A program made the translations under genes and the position numbers. The notes below the pieces were generated by a model. It made no database searches. It saw nothing but the letters and a program-made list of their open reading frames with translations, and was not told the origin of the DNA. A stretch of 43,028 nt of DNA. Source: Caulobacteraceae bacterium (GTDB taxonomy: Bacteria > Pseudomonadota > Alphaproteobacteria > Caulobacterales > Caulobacteraceae). Location: the NCBI GenBank assembly GCA_947474775.1, contig CANJKG010000001.1:1-43028 (forward strand), read 5' to 3'. Below, in pieces: positions 9,731 through 17,341 of the stretch; within the stretch, counting starts at the first letter, position 1, and each line of letters opens with the position of its first letter.

Positions 9731-10533
9731 CCGGAGAGCTCCTCGGTCAGGTAGCGGCGCACCACCTCGCGCACCGGGGTCGGGCGCACGCCCAGGCCGA
9801 TGAGTTTGGCGGCCGAGGCGTTGGGCGGGCTGGGCGGACTTCCGTCGCGCTGGAAGTCCACCTGCCAGCCGGCGGCCTCGAACACCTGGGCGATCTGGCG
9901 GTTGGTGACCAGTTCGCCGCTGGCCAGGTTGACGATCCCCGGATCGGGGGCTCCGGCCAGGGCCACCAGGCCGGCGACCACATCGTCCAGGTGGATATAG
10001 TCGCGGGCGACGTGGGGGCTGGAGTCGAGGCTGATGCGCCGCTCGCTCCGTGCACGGATCAGCCATTCGGAGATGAAGCCCGGCGAGCCCGGCGCCCAGT
10101 CGAAGACATTGGCCAGCCTGGCGACCGCGCCCCGGCCGCCGCTGCGGGTCAGGGTGAGGTTCTCGCCCAGCGCCTTGGAGAGATCGTATGTCCGCCGGGG
10201 ATCGGTGGGGTCGAACACCAGCGGCAGGGTCTCGTCGGCCTCGGCGACCGGCTGACCGTCGTACAGGCGGGTCGAGGAGGTGTAGACCAGCCGCTCGAAA
10301 CGGCCGGCGCGGACGACAGCGCTGAGCAGGCTCGCGTGGGCCTCGACGGTGTCGAACGGCCGCTGGTCGTAGTCGGCGGTGAGCCCGGCGCAGTAGAAGA
10401 CCACGCCCAGGTCGCGCTCGAGCAGTTGGGGTTCGCCTTTCACCGGACGCCAGACCGCGTGGCCCTGGGCCTCCAGCACGTCCGACAACCGCTGGCCGAC
10501 GAACCCCCCGGCGCCGAACACGGTGGCCCGCAT
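9727..10533 (-). CDS. NAD(P)-dependent epimerase/dehydratase (extended SDR), probable NDP-4-ketosugar reductase
   Basis: GAGGFVG Rossmann motif, YTSS, YDLSK (YxxxK), RDYIHLDD. Confidence 0.85.
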   Translation of the reverse strand: MRATVFGAGGFVGQRLSDVLEAQGHAVWRPVKGEPQLLERDLGVVFYCAGLTADYDQRPFDTVEAHASLLSAVVRAGRFERLVYTSSTRLYDGQPVAEADETLPLVFDPTDPRRTYDLSKALGENLTLTRSGGRGAVARLANVFDWAPGSPGFISEWLIRARSERRISLDSSPHVARDYIHLDDVVAGLVALAGAPDPGIVNLASGELVTNRQIAQVFEAAGWQVDFQRDGSPPSPPNASAAKLIGLGVRPTPVREVVRRYLTEELSG

Positions 10534-11024
10534 CAGCCGCCCCGCTGGCCGATACGCCTGGCGGGCGTGCCGGCGTAGATGGCGTAGGCCGGCACCTCGC
10601 CGCGCACCACCGAGCCCGCGGCGATCACCGCGCCCCTGCGGACAATGGCGCCGTCCAGCAGCACCACCCCGGCCCCCAGCCAGACGTCGTCCTCCAGGAT
10701 TATGCCTCCCTTGGAGGGCTGGAAGCCCTGGTCCTTGATCAGCCGGGTGACGTCGGCGATGGCGTGGTTGGTGGGGGCGAAGGTGCAGTTGGCGGCGATG
10801 GCGCAGGCGTCGCCGATGCGAATGCCGTTGCCGGTGTAGAGCACGCAGCCGGAATTGATCGCCGTGTCGTCGCCAATCACCACGTCGCCGGAGCCGCCGG
10901 CCGGCTTGATCTTCACGAAGCTGTCGATGAGCGTGCGCGCGCCGATCTGTATCAGGGTGCCGCGGGTGGAGTCCTCGATGTCCGCCAGCGGCGAGATCCT
11001 GGCGGTGGGATCGATCTTCAGCAT
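10533..11024 (-). CDS. Hexapeptide-repeat sugar O-acyltransferase (LbH)
   Basis: IGDDTAINSGCVL, IILEDDVWLGAGVVLLDG, AGSVVRGEVPAYAIYAGTPAR. Confidence 0.88.
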   Translation of the reverse strand: MLKIDPTARISPLADIEDSTRGTLIQIGARTLIDSFVKIKPAGGSGDVVIGDDTAINSGCVLYTGNGIRIGDACAIAANCTFAPTNHAIADVTRLIKDQGFQPSKGGIILEDDVWLGAGVVLLDGAIVRRGAVIAAGSVVRGEVPAYAIYAGTPARRIGQRGG

Positions 11025-11029
11025 GGCCC

Positions 11030-11566
11030 CTACGCTCTCCCCGGAAAATCAGGGTAGGTCGCGTCGCGCGGGGAGATCAACACCGGGGCGGACGGCCAGG
11101 CGACGCCGAACGCCGGATCATCCCAGCGGGCGCCGGCCTCGTGGCCGGGCTGGTAGGCCGGGCCGATCTGGTAGAGCACATCGGTGTCGGGCTCCAGCGT
11201 CAGGAAGCCATGTGCCACGCCTTCCGGGATCAGCAGGGCGAGCGCGTTGTCGGCCGACAGCTCGGCGCTGGTCCAGCGGCGGAAGGTGGGGCTGTCGGGA
11301 CGCAGGTCCACCGCCACGTCGAAGACCCGGCCACGGATGGCGCGCACCAGCTTGGTCTCGGCGTGCGGCGCCGGCTGGTAGTGCAGGCCGCGCAGGGTTC
11401 CCGACGTGGGATTGCGCGAGACGCTGGTCTGGGCCGGGATAAAGGGATGGCCGGCGGCAACGAACTCGTCCGGGCAATGCAGGCGGGCGAACCCGCCGCG
11501 CTCGTCGGAACGGACCTCAGGCTCGACCCGCACCACGCCCGCGATGGTGGTGGGCGAGAAGCGCAT
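11030..11566 (-). CDS. rfbC: RmlC-family NDP-4-keto-6-deoxyhexose 3,5-epimerase
   Basis: DERGGF, GTLRGLHYQ, KLVR..RGRVFDVAVDLRPDSPTF, AHGFLTL. Confidence 0.9.
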   Translation of the reverse strand: MRFSPTTIAGVVRVEPEVRSDERGGFARLHCPDEFVAAGHPFIPAQTSVSRNPTSGTLRGLHYQPAPHAETKLVRAIRGRVFDVAVDLRPDSPTFRRWTSAELSADNALALLIPEGVAHGFLTLEPDTDVLYQIGPAYQPGHEAGARWDDPAFGVAWPSAPVLISPRDATYPDFPGRA

Positions 11567-12807
11567 CAGGGCGCGACCCTGGTCTCCGGCGAGGCGATGA
11601 CGAAGCGTCCGCCCCAGTCACGGATGTGGGCCATCTGCGCCATGATCTCGGCCTTCAGGTTCCAGGGGAGGATCACGAGATAGTCCGGCTTGGCGTCGAC
11701 CACCTGCGCGGGCGCCAGGATCGGCACATGGCTGCCGGGCAGGAAGCGGCCCTGCTTGGCCAGGCTGGCGTCATAGACCGCCACGATATCGTCGGTGGTG
11801 GCGCCGCAGTAGTTGAGGAAGGTGTTGCCCTTGGCCGCCGCGCCATAGGCCGCCACCGCCTTGCCCTCCGTCCGGGCCTTGGCCAGGAAGGCCAGGAAGC
11901 TGTCGCGCACGGCGCGCACCCGGGGCGCGAAGCCGCCGTAGGTCTCCAGCCGGTCGAGACCGGCGGCGTGCTCGGCCGCGCGGAGGGATTTCAGGGCCTC
12001 AGTCTCGTCGCGGCCCGAGCCGGCGTGGCAGACGAACAACCGCAACGACCCGCCATGGGTGGGCAGCAGATCCACGTCGAAGGGGCGCAGGCCGTTGGCC
12101 CGCAGCACCCGCTCCACCGCCAACAGCGACAGGTAGGAGAAGTGCTCGTGGTAGATGGTGTCGAACTGCACCAGCTCGATGAGGTTCAGCAGGTGCGGGA
12201 ACTCGAAGGTCAGCACGCCGTCGGGCTTCAGCGCGTGTTGGAAGCCGGCCACGAAGTCGTCGATGTCAGGTACGTGGGCCAGGACGTTGTTGGCGGCCAT
12301 CAGGTCCGCCCGCAGTCCCCGGGCGGCGAGGTTGCGTCCGGTCTCGGCGTTGAAGAAGGCCACCTCGGTGGGCACGCCCCGGGCCACGGCGGCCTGGGCG
12401 GTGTTGGCGGTGGGCTCGATGCCGAGCACCGGCACATCCATGGCCACGAAATGTTGCAGCAGGTAGCCGTCGTTGCTGGCGATCTCCACCACCAGGGAGT
12501 CCGAGGTGAGGTTGAAGCGCTCGGCCATGGCCGTGGCGTAGCGCTTCGCATGCTCCACCCAGCTGGCCGAATAGGAGGAGAAGTAGGCGTAGCCCTCGTC
12601 GAAAATCGCCTCGGCGCTCACCGGATCGTCGGCCTGGACCAGGAAACACTCGTGGCAGACGCGGGTGTGGAGGGGGAAGGACTGTTCGGTCCCGGCGGCC
12701 AGCTGTTCGGGCGTCAGATAGCTGTTGGCCAGGGGCTGGAGGCCCAGGTCCAGGAAGGTGTGGGTGAGCGGCGTGCGGCAGAAGCGGCAGGGAGGCGTCG
12801 TCGTCAT
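11566..12807 (-). CDS. NDP-hexose C-methyltransferase (Zn-binding, class I SAM)
   Basis: ATG at 12807 (ATGA overlap). CRFC and CHEC Zn ligands, LGLQPLANSY, VEIASNDGYLL, NNVLAHVPD, FDTIYHEHFSY, HGGSLR, YGAAAKGNT, ILPWNL. Confidence 0.9.
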   Translation of the reverse strand: MTTTPPCRFCRTPLTHTFLDLGLQPLANSYLTPEQLAAGTEQSFPLHTRVCHECFLVQADDPVSAEAIFDEGYAYFSSYSASWVEHAKRYATAMAERFNLTSDSLVVEIASNDGYLLQHFVAMDVPVLGIEPTANTAQAAVARGVPTEVAFFNAETGRNLAARGLRADLMAANNVLAHVPDIDDFVAGFQHALKPDGVLTFEFPHLLNLIELVQFDTIYHEHFSYLSLLAVERVLRANGLRPFDVDLLPTHGGSLRLFVCHAGSGRDETEALKSLRAAEHAAGLDRLETYGGFAPRVRAVRDSFLAFLAKARTEGKAVAAYGAAAKGNTFLNYCGATTDDIVAVYDASLAKQGRFLPGSHVPILAPAQVVDAKPDYLVILPWNLKAEIMAQMAHIRDWGGRFVIASPETRVAP

Positions 12808-13865
12808 GGCCGACCTTCGTAGTCCGCCAGCTGGGCCTCGCACAAGGCGCGCGCGTCGCGGCCGCTGGCCTGGGCCGCGTACCAGTCCATGGTGAGCGCG
12901 ACGGCGTGGGGCGCGTCGAGCCGGCTCTCGAAGCCCAGAGTCCGGCGCGCCAGGCTGGCGTCGATGGCCAGTGACTTCGCTTCGATGGAGGCGGGATCGG
13001 GCTCGTGGCGCCAGGGCCTGGCGCCCAGGGCCTCGACGCCGAGGGTGGCCAGTTCGCCCACTGTGACCTCCGGACCGCCGGGGCGGGGGCCGAAGTTGAG
13101 CGCGCGCGGCGTGTCCGGATCGGTCGCCAGCGCCTGCAGGTGGGTGAGGTAGCCGGCCACGCAGTCCAGCACATGCTGCCAGGGCCGCGTCGCCTCGGGG
13201 TGGCGCAGGATCACCGGCTCGTCGGCGCGGGCGGCGCGGACGATGTCGGCCACCAGCCGGTCGCGGGAGAAGTCGCCGCCACCGATGACGTTGCCGCCAC
13301 GGGCGGTGGCCAGGCGCACGCCGGCGGGCTCGAAATAGCTCCTGGCGAAGCTCTGGGCGACGATCTCGGCGGCGGCCTTGGAGGCCGAATAGGGGTCCTT
13401 GCCCCCCAGGGCGTCGCCCTCCTGGAAGGCGCGGCCGGTCTCGGCGTTGGCGTAGACCTTGTCGGAGGTGACGGTCAGGACGGCCTTCAGCTCCGGTAGC
13501 TCGCGCAGGGCCTGCAGCAGGTGCGCCGTGCCCAGGATGTTGGTGGCGAAGGTGCCGACCGGGTCCTCGATGGAGGTCCGCACGATCGGCTGGGCGGCCA
13601 TGTGCAGGACGAGGTCGAAGCGTCGCCCCGCCAGCACCGCTTCAACGGCCGCCGGGTCGCGCAGGTCGGCCACATGGCTGTCGAGCAGGTCGGCGATGCG
13701 GGCCAGGTCGAACAGGCTGGGGGTCTGGTCCGGCGCGAGCGCAAGCCCGGTGACCTCGGCGCCCAGCTTCCTGAGCCAGATCGCCGCCCAGCCGCCCTTG
13801 AACCCCGTGTGGCCGGTGAGCAGGACCCGCTTGCCCGCCCAGAATGACGGACTTATCGCCGCCAC
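12804..13865 (-). CDS. rfbG: CDP-glucose 4,6-dehydratase
   Basis: FWAGKRVLLTGHTGFKGGW, HMAAQPIVR, TSDKVY, GGKDPYSASKA, RGGNVIGGGD, RPWQHVLD. Start is GTG at 13865 (13886 is the alternative). Confidence 0.95.
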   Translation of the reverse strand: MAAISPSFWAGKRVLLTGHTGFKGGWAAIWLRKLGAEVTGLALAPDQTPSLFDLARIADLLDSHVADLRDPAAVEAVLAGRRFDLVLHMAAQPIVRTSIEDPVGTFATNILGTAHLLQALRELPELKAVLTVTSDKVYANAETGRAFQEGDALGGKDPYSASKAAAEIVAQSFARSYFEPAGVRLATARGGNVIGGGDFSRDRLVADIVRAARADEPVILRHPEATRPWQHVLDCVAGYLTHLQALATDPDTPRALNFGPRPGGPEVTVGELATLGVEALGARPWRHEPDPASIEAKSLAIDASLARRTLGFESRLDAPHAVALTMDWYAAQASGRDARALCEAQLADYEGRP

Positions 13866-14620
13866 GGCGCCTCGCCGGAGGTCCACAGTGATTCCAGCTG
13901 ATTCTTGTCGCGCAGGGTGTCCATGGCGGCCCAGAACCCGTCGTGCCGGTAGGCCATCAGCTGGCCGTCATGGGCCAGGCCCTCCAAGGGACCCGCCTCG
14001 AAGATGGTCTCGTCGCCGCCGATGCGGCCGACCACCTCCGGCTGGAGGACGAAGAATCCGCCGTTGATCAGGCCGTTGTCGCCAGGGGGCTTCTCGATGA
14101 AGCGGTCCACGCGGCCCTCGTTGATCTCCAGCGCCCCGTAGCGGCCCGGAGGGGCGACGGCGGTGACGGTGGCGTGCCGGCCGTGGCCCTTGTGGAAGGC
14201 GGCCAGCTTCTTGAGGTCGATATCGGCCACGCCGTCGCCGTAGGTGAAGAAGAACGGCTCGCCCGGCTTCAGGTAATTCGCCACCCGCTTCAGGCGGCCG
14301 CCGGTCATGGTCTCGGCGCCGGTGTCGACCATGGTCACCCGCCAGGGCTCGTGGTTGGTGGCGTGGAACTCGGTGGTCCCCTTGGCCAGGTCCACCGTCA
14401 GGTCGGCGTTATGCAGGACGTAGTTGGCGAAATACTCCTTGATCACGTAGCCCTTGTAGCCAAGGCAGACCACGAAGTCGTTGAAGCCATAGTGCGAAAA
14501 CAGCTTCATGATGTGCCACAGGATCGGGCGGCCCCCGACCTCGATCATCGGCTTGGGCTTCAGGTGGCTCTCTTCGGAGATACGGGTGCCGAGGCCCCCT
14601 GCCAGGATCACCGTCTTCAT
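13853..14620 (-). CDS. rfbF: Glucose-1-phosphate cytidylyltransferase
   Basis: MKTVILAGGLGTRISEESHLKPKPMIEVG, CLGYKGYVIKEYF, MTGGRLKR, TYGDG, INGGFF, GFWAAMDTLRDK. Confidence 0.96.
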   Translation of the reverse strand: MKTVILAGGLGTRISEESHLKPKPMIEVGGRPILWHIMKLFSHYGFNDFVVCLGYKGYVIKEYFANYVLHNADLTVDLAKGTTEFHATNHEPWRVTMVDTGAETMTGGRLKRVANYLKPGEPFFFTYGDGVADIDLKKLAAFHKGHGRHATVTAVAPPGRYGALEINEGRVDRFIEKPPGDNGLINGGFFVLQPEVVGRIGGDETIFEAGPLEGLAHDGQLMAYRHDGFWAAMDTLRDKNQLESLWTSGEAPWRR

Positions 14621-14685
14621 CGCGCCCGCTCTGTCCGTCCCCACTGGAGGCCCCTCTTAACGTGGACGGAAGGTCCGATGAAGCG

Positions 14686-14708
14686 GGAAAGGCTCGCGGA
14701 GCCTTTCC
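14686..14708. terminator. Perfect 10-bp hairpin between the hydrolase gene and rfbF
   Basis: GGAAAGGCTC-GCG-GAGCCTTTCC. There is no clear U-tract, so terminator function is uncertain. Confidence 0.35.
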
Positions 14709-14719
14709 GGCCGGATGGC

Positions 14720-15400
14720 TCAACCCAGATAGCCGTGCCTCGCCATGAATCCGGCGGCCGCCTCGATGACCTGGCCGGGGCTTTCGTCCAGCAAGGCATG
14801 GCCGCCGGGAATCCGCCTGGCCTCCACGAGCCGGTGGCCGGCGTAGGCCGCGAAGTCCTCGTCGGACAGGAGGCTCGGGGCGCCCTCCACGGGCCGGGGA
14901 GGCAGCAACGGCTCCATCCCCGCCAACACCAGCGTCGGCGCGCGGATGCGGGTCAGCACGTCGGTGAACGGCCGCCCGAACAGCGCCTCATGATCCGCGC
15001 GCACCTCGACGCCCTGGGCGCGTAACCGGCGGATCGCGCGATGCAGGGGCCAAAGGCTATGGGTGGACAAAAGGGGCTCCACCGCGATCAGGGCGCGTGA
15101 GCGCAGGTGCATGGCGATGACCGCGCCCAGGCTCTCGGCGATCAGCAGGGGTGGCTGCTCGAAGACGTCCATCATCGCATCAAGGCTGGCCGCCCAGGCT
15201 GGGACGGACACCTCGCTCAGGTCCGGCGCATTGCTGTGTCCGGGCAGGTGGACAAAGCCCAGTCCGGGTATCCGCTCGCGCCACGGTAACAGCTGGTCGG
15301 CCTGGCGGAGGAATCCATGGATCGCCAGCACCCTGGGATTGGGGCTGTCGGCGGAGAAGACGACTGAGCCGTGCGGCGTCTCGACACGGAAGTTCTTCAC
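14720..15400 (-). CDS. Alpha/beta-fold hydrolase
   Basis: GTG at 15400 with AGGA RBS. IHGF oxyanion motif, LPGHS, AESLG nucleophile elbow, APTLVLAG, GGH. The upstream part of the track ORF is antisense to the sulfotransferase. Confidence 0.75.
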   Translation of the reverse strand: MKNFRVETPHGSVVFSADSPNPRVLAIHGFLRQADQLLPWRERIPGLGFVHLPGHSNAPDLSEVSVPAWAASLDAMMDVFEQPPLLIAESLGAVIAMHLRSRALIAVEPLLSTHSLWPLHRAIRRLRAQGVEVRADHEALFGRPFTDVLTRIRAPTLVLAGMEPLLPPRPVEGAPSLLSDEDFAAYAGHRLVEARRIPGGHALLDESPGQVIEAAAGFMARHGYLG

Positions 15401-15520
15401 GTCGAATCCTGCAGGAAAGGCGGACGCCGTGGCGGGTCCGCCGGGGGCCAGGGGCGTACATGCTGCTAATCCCAGCGAATTGGGACTTGCAAGGGCGAAC
15501 CGGCCGCGAGATGCCAGGCC

Positions 15521-16264
15521 ATGGCTGAGCCGCCACTCGTGAACTTCGTCATCGCCGGCGTCCAGAAGGGCGGCACCACGGCGCTGTTCGACTACCTGGC
15601 CGACGAGCCCGGCGCCGCGCTGTCGCAGGTCAAGGAGACCCACTTCTTCGATGACGAGAGCCGGGACTGGGCGGCGCCCGATTATGCCGACTATCACGCC
15701 CAGTTCGACCCGGCCGGCGCCCGGGCCTGCGGCGAGGCGACCCCGATCTACATCTACTGGCCGAACGCCCTGGAGCGCATCAGGGCCTATAATCCGGCGA
15801 TGCGACTGATCGTCATGCTGCGCGATCCGGTGGCGCGGGCCTGGTCGCACTGGCGGATGGAATACGCCCGCGGCGCGGAGAACAAGCCGTTCGCCTGGTG
15901 CGTGAGGGAAGGCCGCCGGCGCCTGTTCGAATCCGAACCCTGGGGCTTCCACCGCGAGTTCTCCTATGTGGAGCGGGGCTTCTATGGGGAACAGCTGGAG
16001 CGGTTGTTCAGCCTGTTCCCCAAGGAGCAGGTGCTGATCCTGAAAGCCGAGGACCTTCGCCGCGAGCCAGGCGAGGTCCTGGCCCGGGTGCAGCGATTCC
16101 TAGATCTGACGCCAGGCGCCGCGCCGGCCCCGCGTGAGTCCCACGTGGGCCGGGAGATGGACTACGGCGCGGAGATCACTTCCGAGGACACTGCTTTCCT
16201 GCGCGGGCTCTATGCGCGCGACGCGGCGCGCTTGTGGGAGCTGGCGGGCGTCGGTTTCGACTAG
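15521..16264 (+). CDS. PAPS-dependent sulfotransferase (heparan-sulfate sulfotransferase-like)
   Basis: 5'-PSB loop GVQKGGTTAL, KETHFFD, GEATPIY, 3'-PB motif LRDPVARAWSHW. Confidence 0.9.
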   Translation: MAEPPLVNFVIAGVQKGGTTALFDYLADEPGAALSQVKETHFFDDESRDWAAPDYADYHAQFDPAGARACGEATPIYIYWPNALERIRAYNPAMRLIVMLRDPVARAWSHWRMEYARGAENKPFAWCVREGRRRLFESEPWGFHREFSYVERGFYGEQLERLFSLFPKEQVLILKAEDLRREPGEVLARVQRFLDLTPGAAPAPRESHVGREMDYGAEITSEDTAFLRGLYARDAARLWELAGVGFD

Positions 16265-16306
16265 CAGGGCCTCATTTTCGACCGAGAGCCACGGGAGGTT
16301 CGCGGC

Positions 16307-17288
16307 ATGCGGCTCCCCGTTCTCATCCTGCTGGCCGGCCTTGCGGGCGCCGCGGCGCCCGTCCAGCCTGCGTCCGGCCCGGCGCTGGGCTTCCCCCTGG
16401 CCTGCCAGATCGGGCGCGACTGCGAGGTACAGCAGTACATGGACCACGATCCCGGGCCCGGCGCGAAGGACTACCGCTGCGGGACACGGTCCTATCAGGA
16501 CCACAGCGGCGTCGACATCCGGCTGCTGGACATGGCCCAGCAGCGCGCGGGCGTGGCGGTGCTGGCCGCCGCGGCGGGCCGGGTGTCGCGGCTTCGCGAC
16601 GGGGTGGCCGACGTCTCCATCCGCGCCGCCGGCGCGCCCTCGGTTACGGGCATGCAATGCGGCAACGGGGTGGTGATCGACCATGGCGGCGGCTGGGAGA
16701 CCCAAGTACTGCCACATGGCCAAGGGGAGTATCGGCGTCCGCCAGGGCCAGATGGTGGCCGCAGGGGCGCCGATCGGTCGCGTCGGCCTGTCGGGAGACA
16801 CGGAGTTTCCGCACCTGCACGTGACGGTGCGCCAGCAGGGCCTGGCTGTGGATCCGTTCGCTCCGCGCGCCGGGCCCGGCTGCGCGCCCCAGGCCCCCCT
16901 GTGGACCGCCCAGGCGATGCGGGCCATGGCCTACAAGCGCGGGGCGGCGCTGAACGCCGGCTTCGCGCCTGGACCGGTGACGCCGGAACAGGTGGAAGCT
17001 GGGGGCCTACCGGCGTTCGGGGCCTCGTCAGCGGCGCTCGTCGCCTACGTCCGGACGATCGGGCTGGAGAAGGGCGATGTGCTGGAGCTGGCGATCGCAG
17101 GTCCGGATGGGGCGGTCCTGGCGCAGAACCGACTGGCGCCGCTGGACCGCGACAAGGCGCAGTACCTGATGTTCATCGGCAAGCGGCGTCCGGCGAGCGG
17201 ATGGGCGCCGGGATCCTATGTGGCGCGCTATCAGGTGATCCGGGCCGGCCGTGCGGCGGTGAGCCGCAAGTTCGAGGTGCGACTCTAG
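16307..17288 (+). pseudogene. M23 family metallopeptidase with a +1 frameshift at about 16705 (pseudogene or sequencing error)
   Basis: Signal peptide, HSGVD and CGNGVVIDHGGGWETQ lie in one frame; YCHM...GRVGLSGDTEFPHLH lies in the next. The junction ACC CAA G TAC TGC CAC has one extra base. Confidence 0.85.
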
Positions 17289-17339
17289 ATCAAAGATGTA
17301 GAGCTTGAGTCACGGTTCGATCCGAACCGATCAGGCTCT
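17283..17339 (-). repeat. Truncated inverted copy of the palindromic element at 27521
   Basis: The reverse complement agagcctgatcggttcggatcgaaccgtgactcaagctcta closely matches agagcctgatcggttcgagtcgaaccgtgaatcaggctcta at 27523. It fills the gap between two convergent TAG stops. Confidence 0.85.
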
Positions 17340-17341
17340 GG

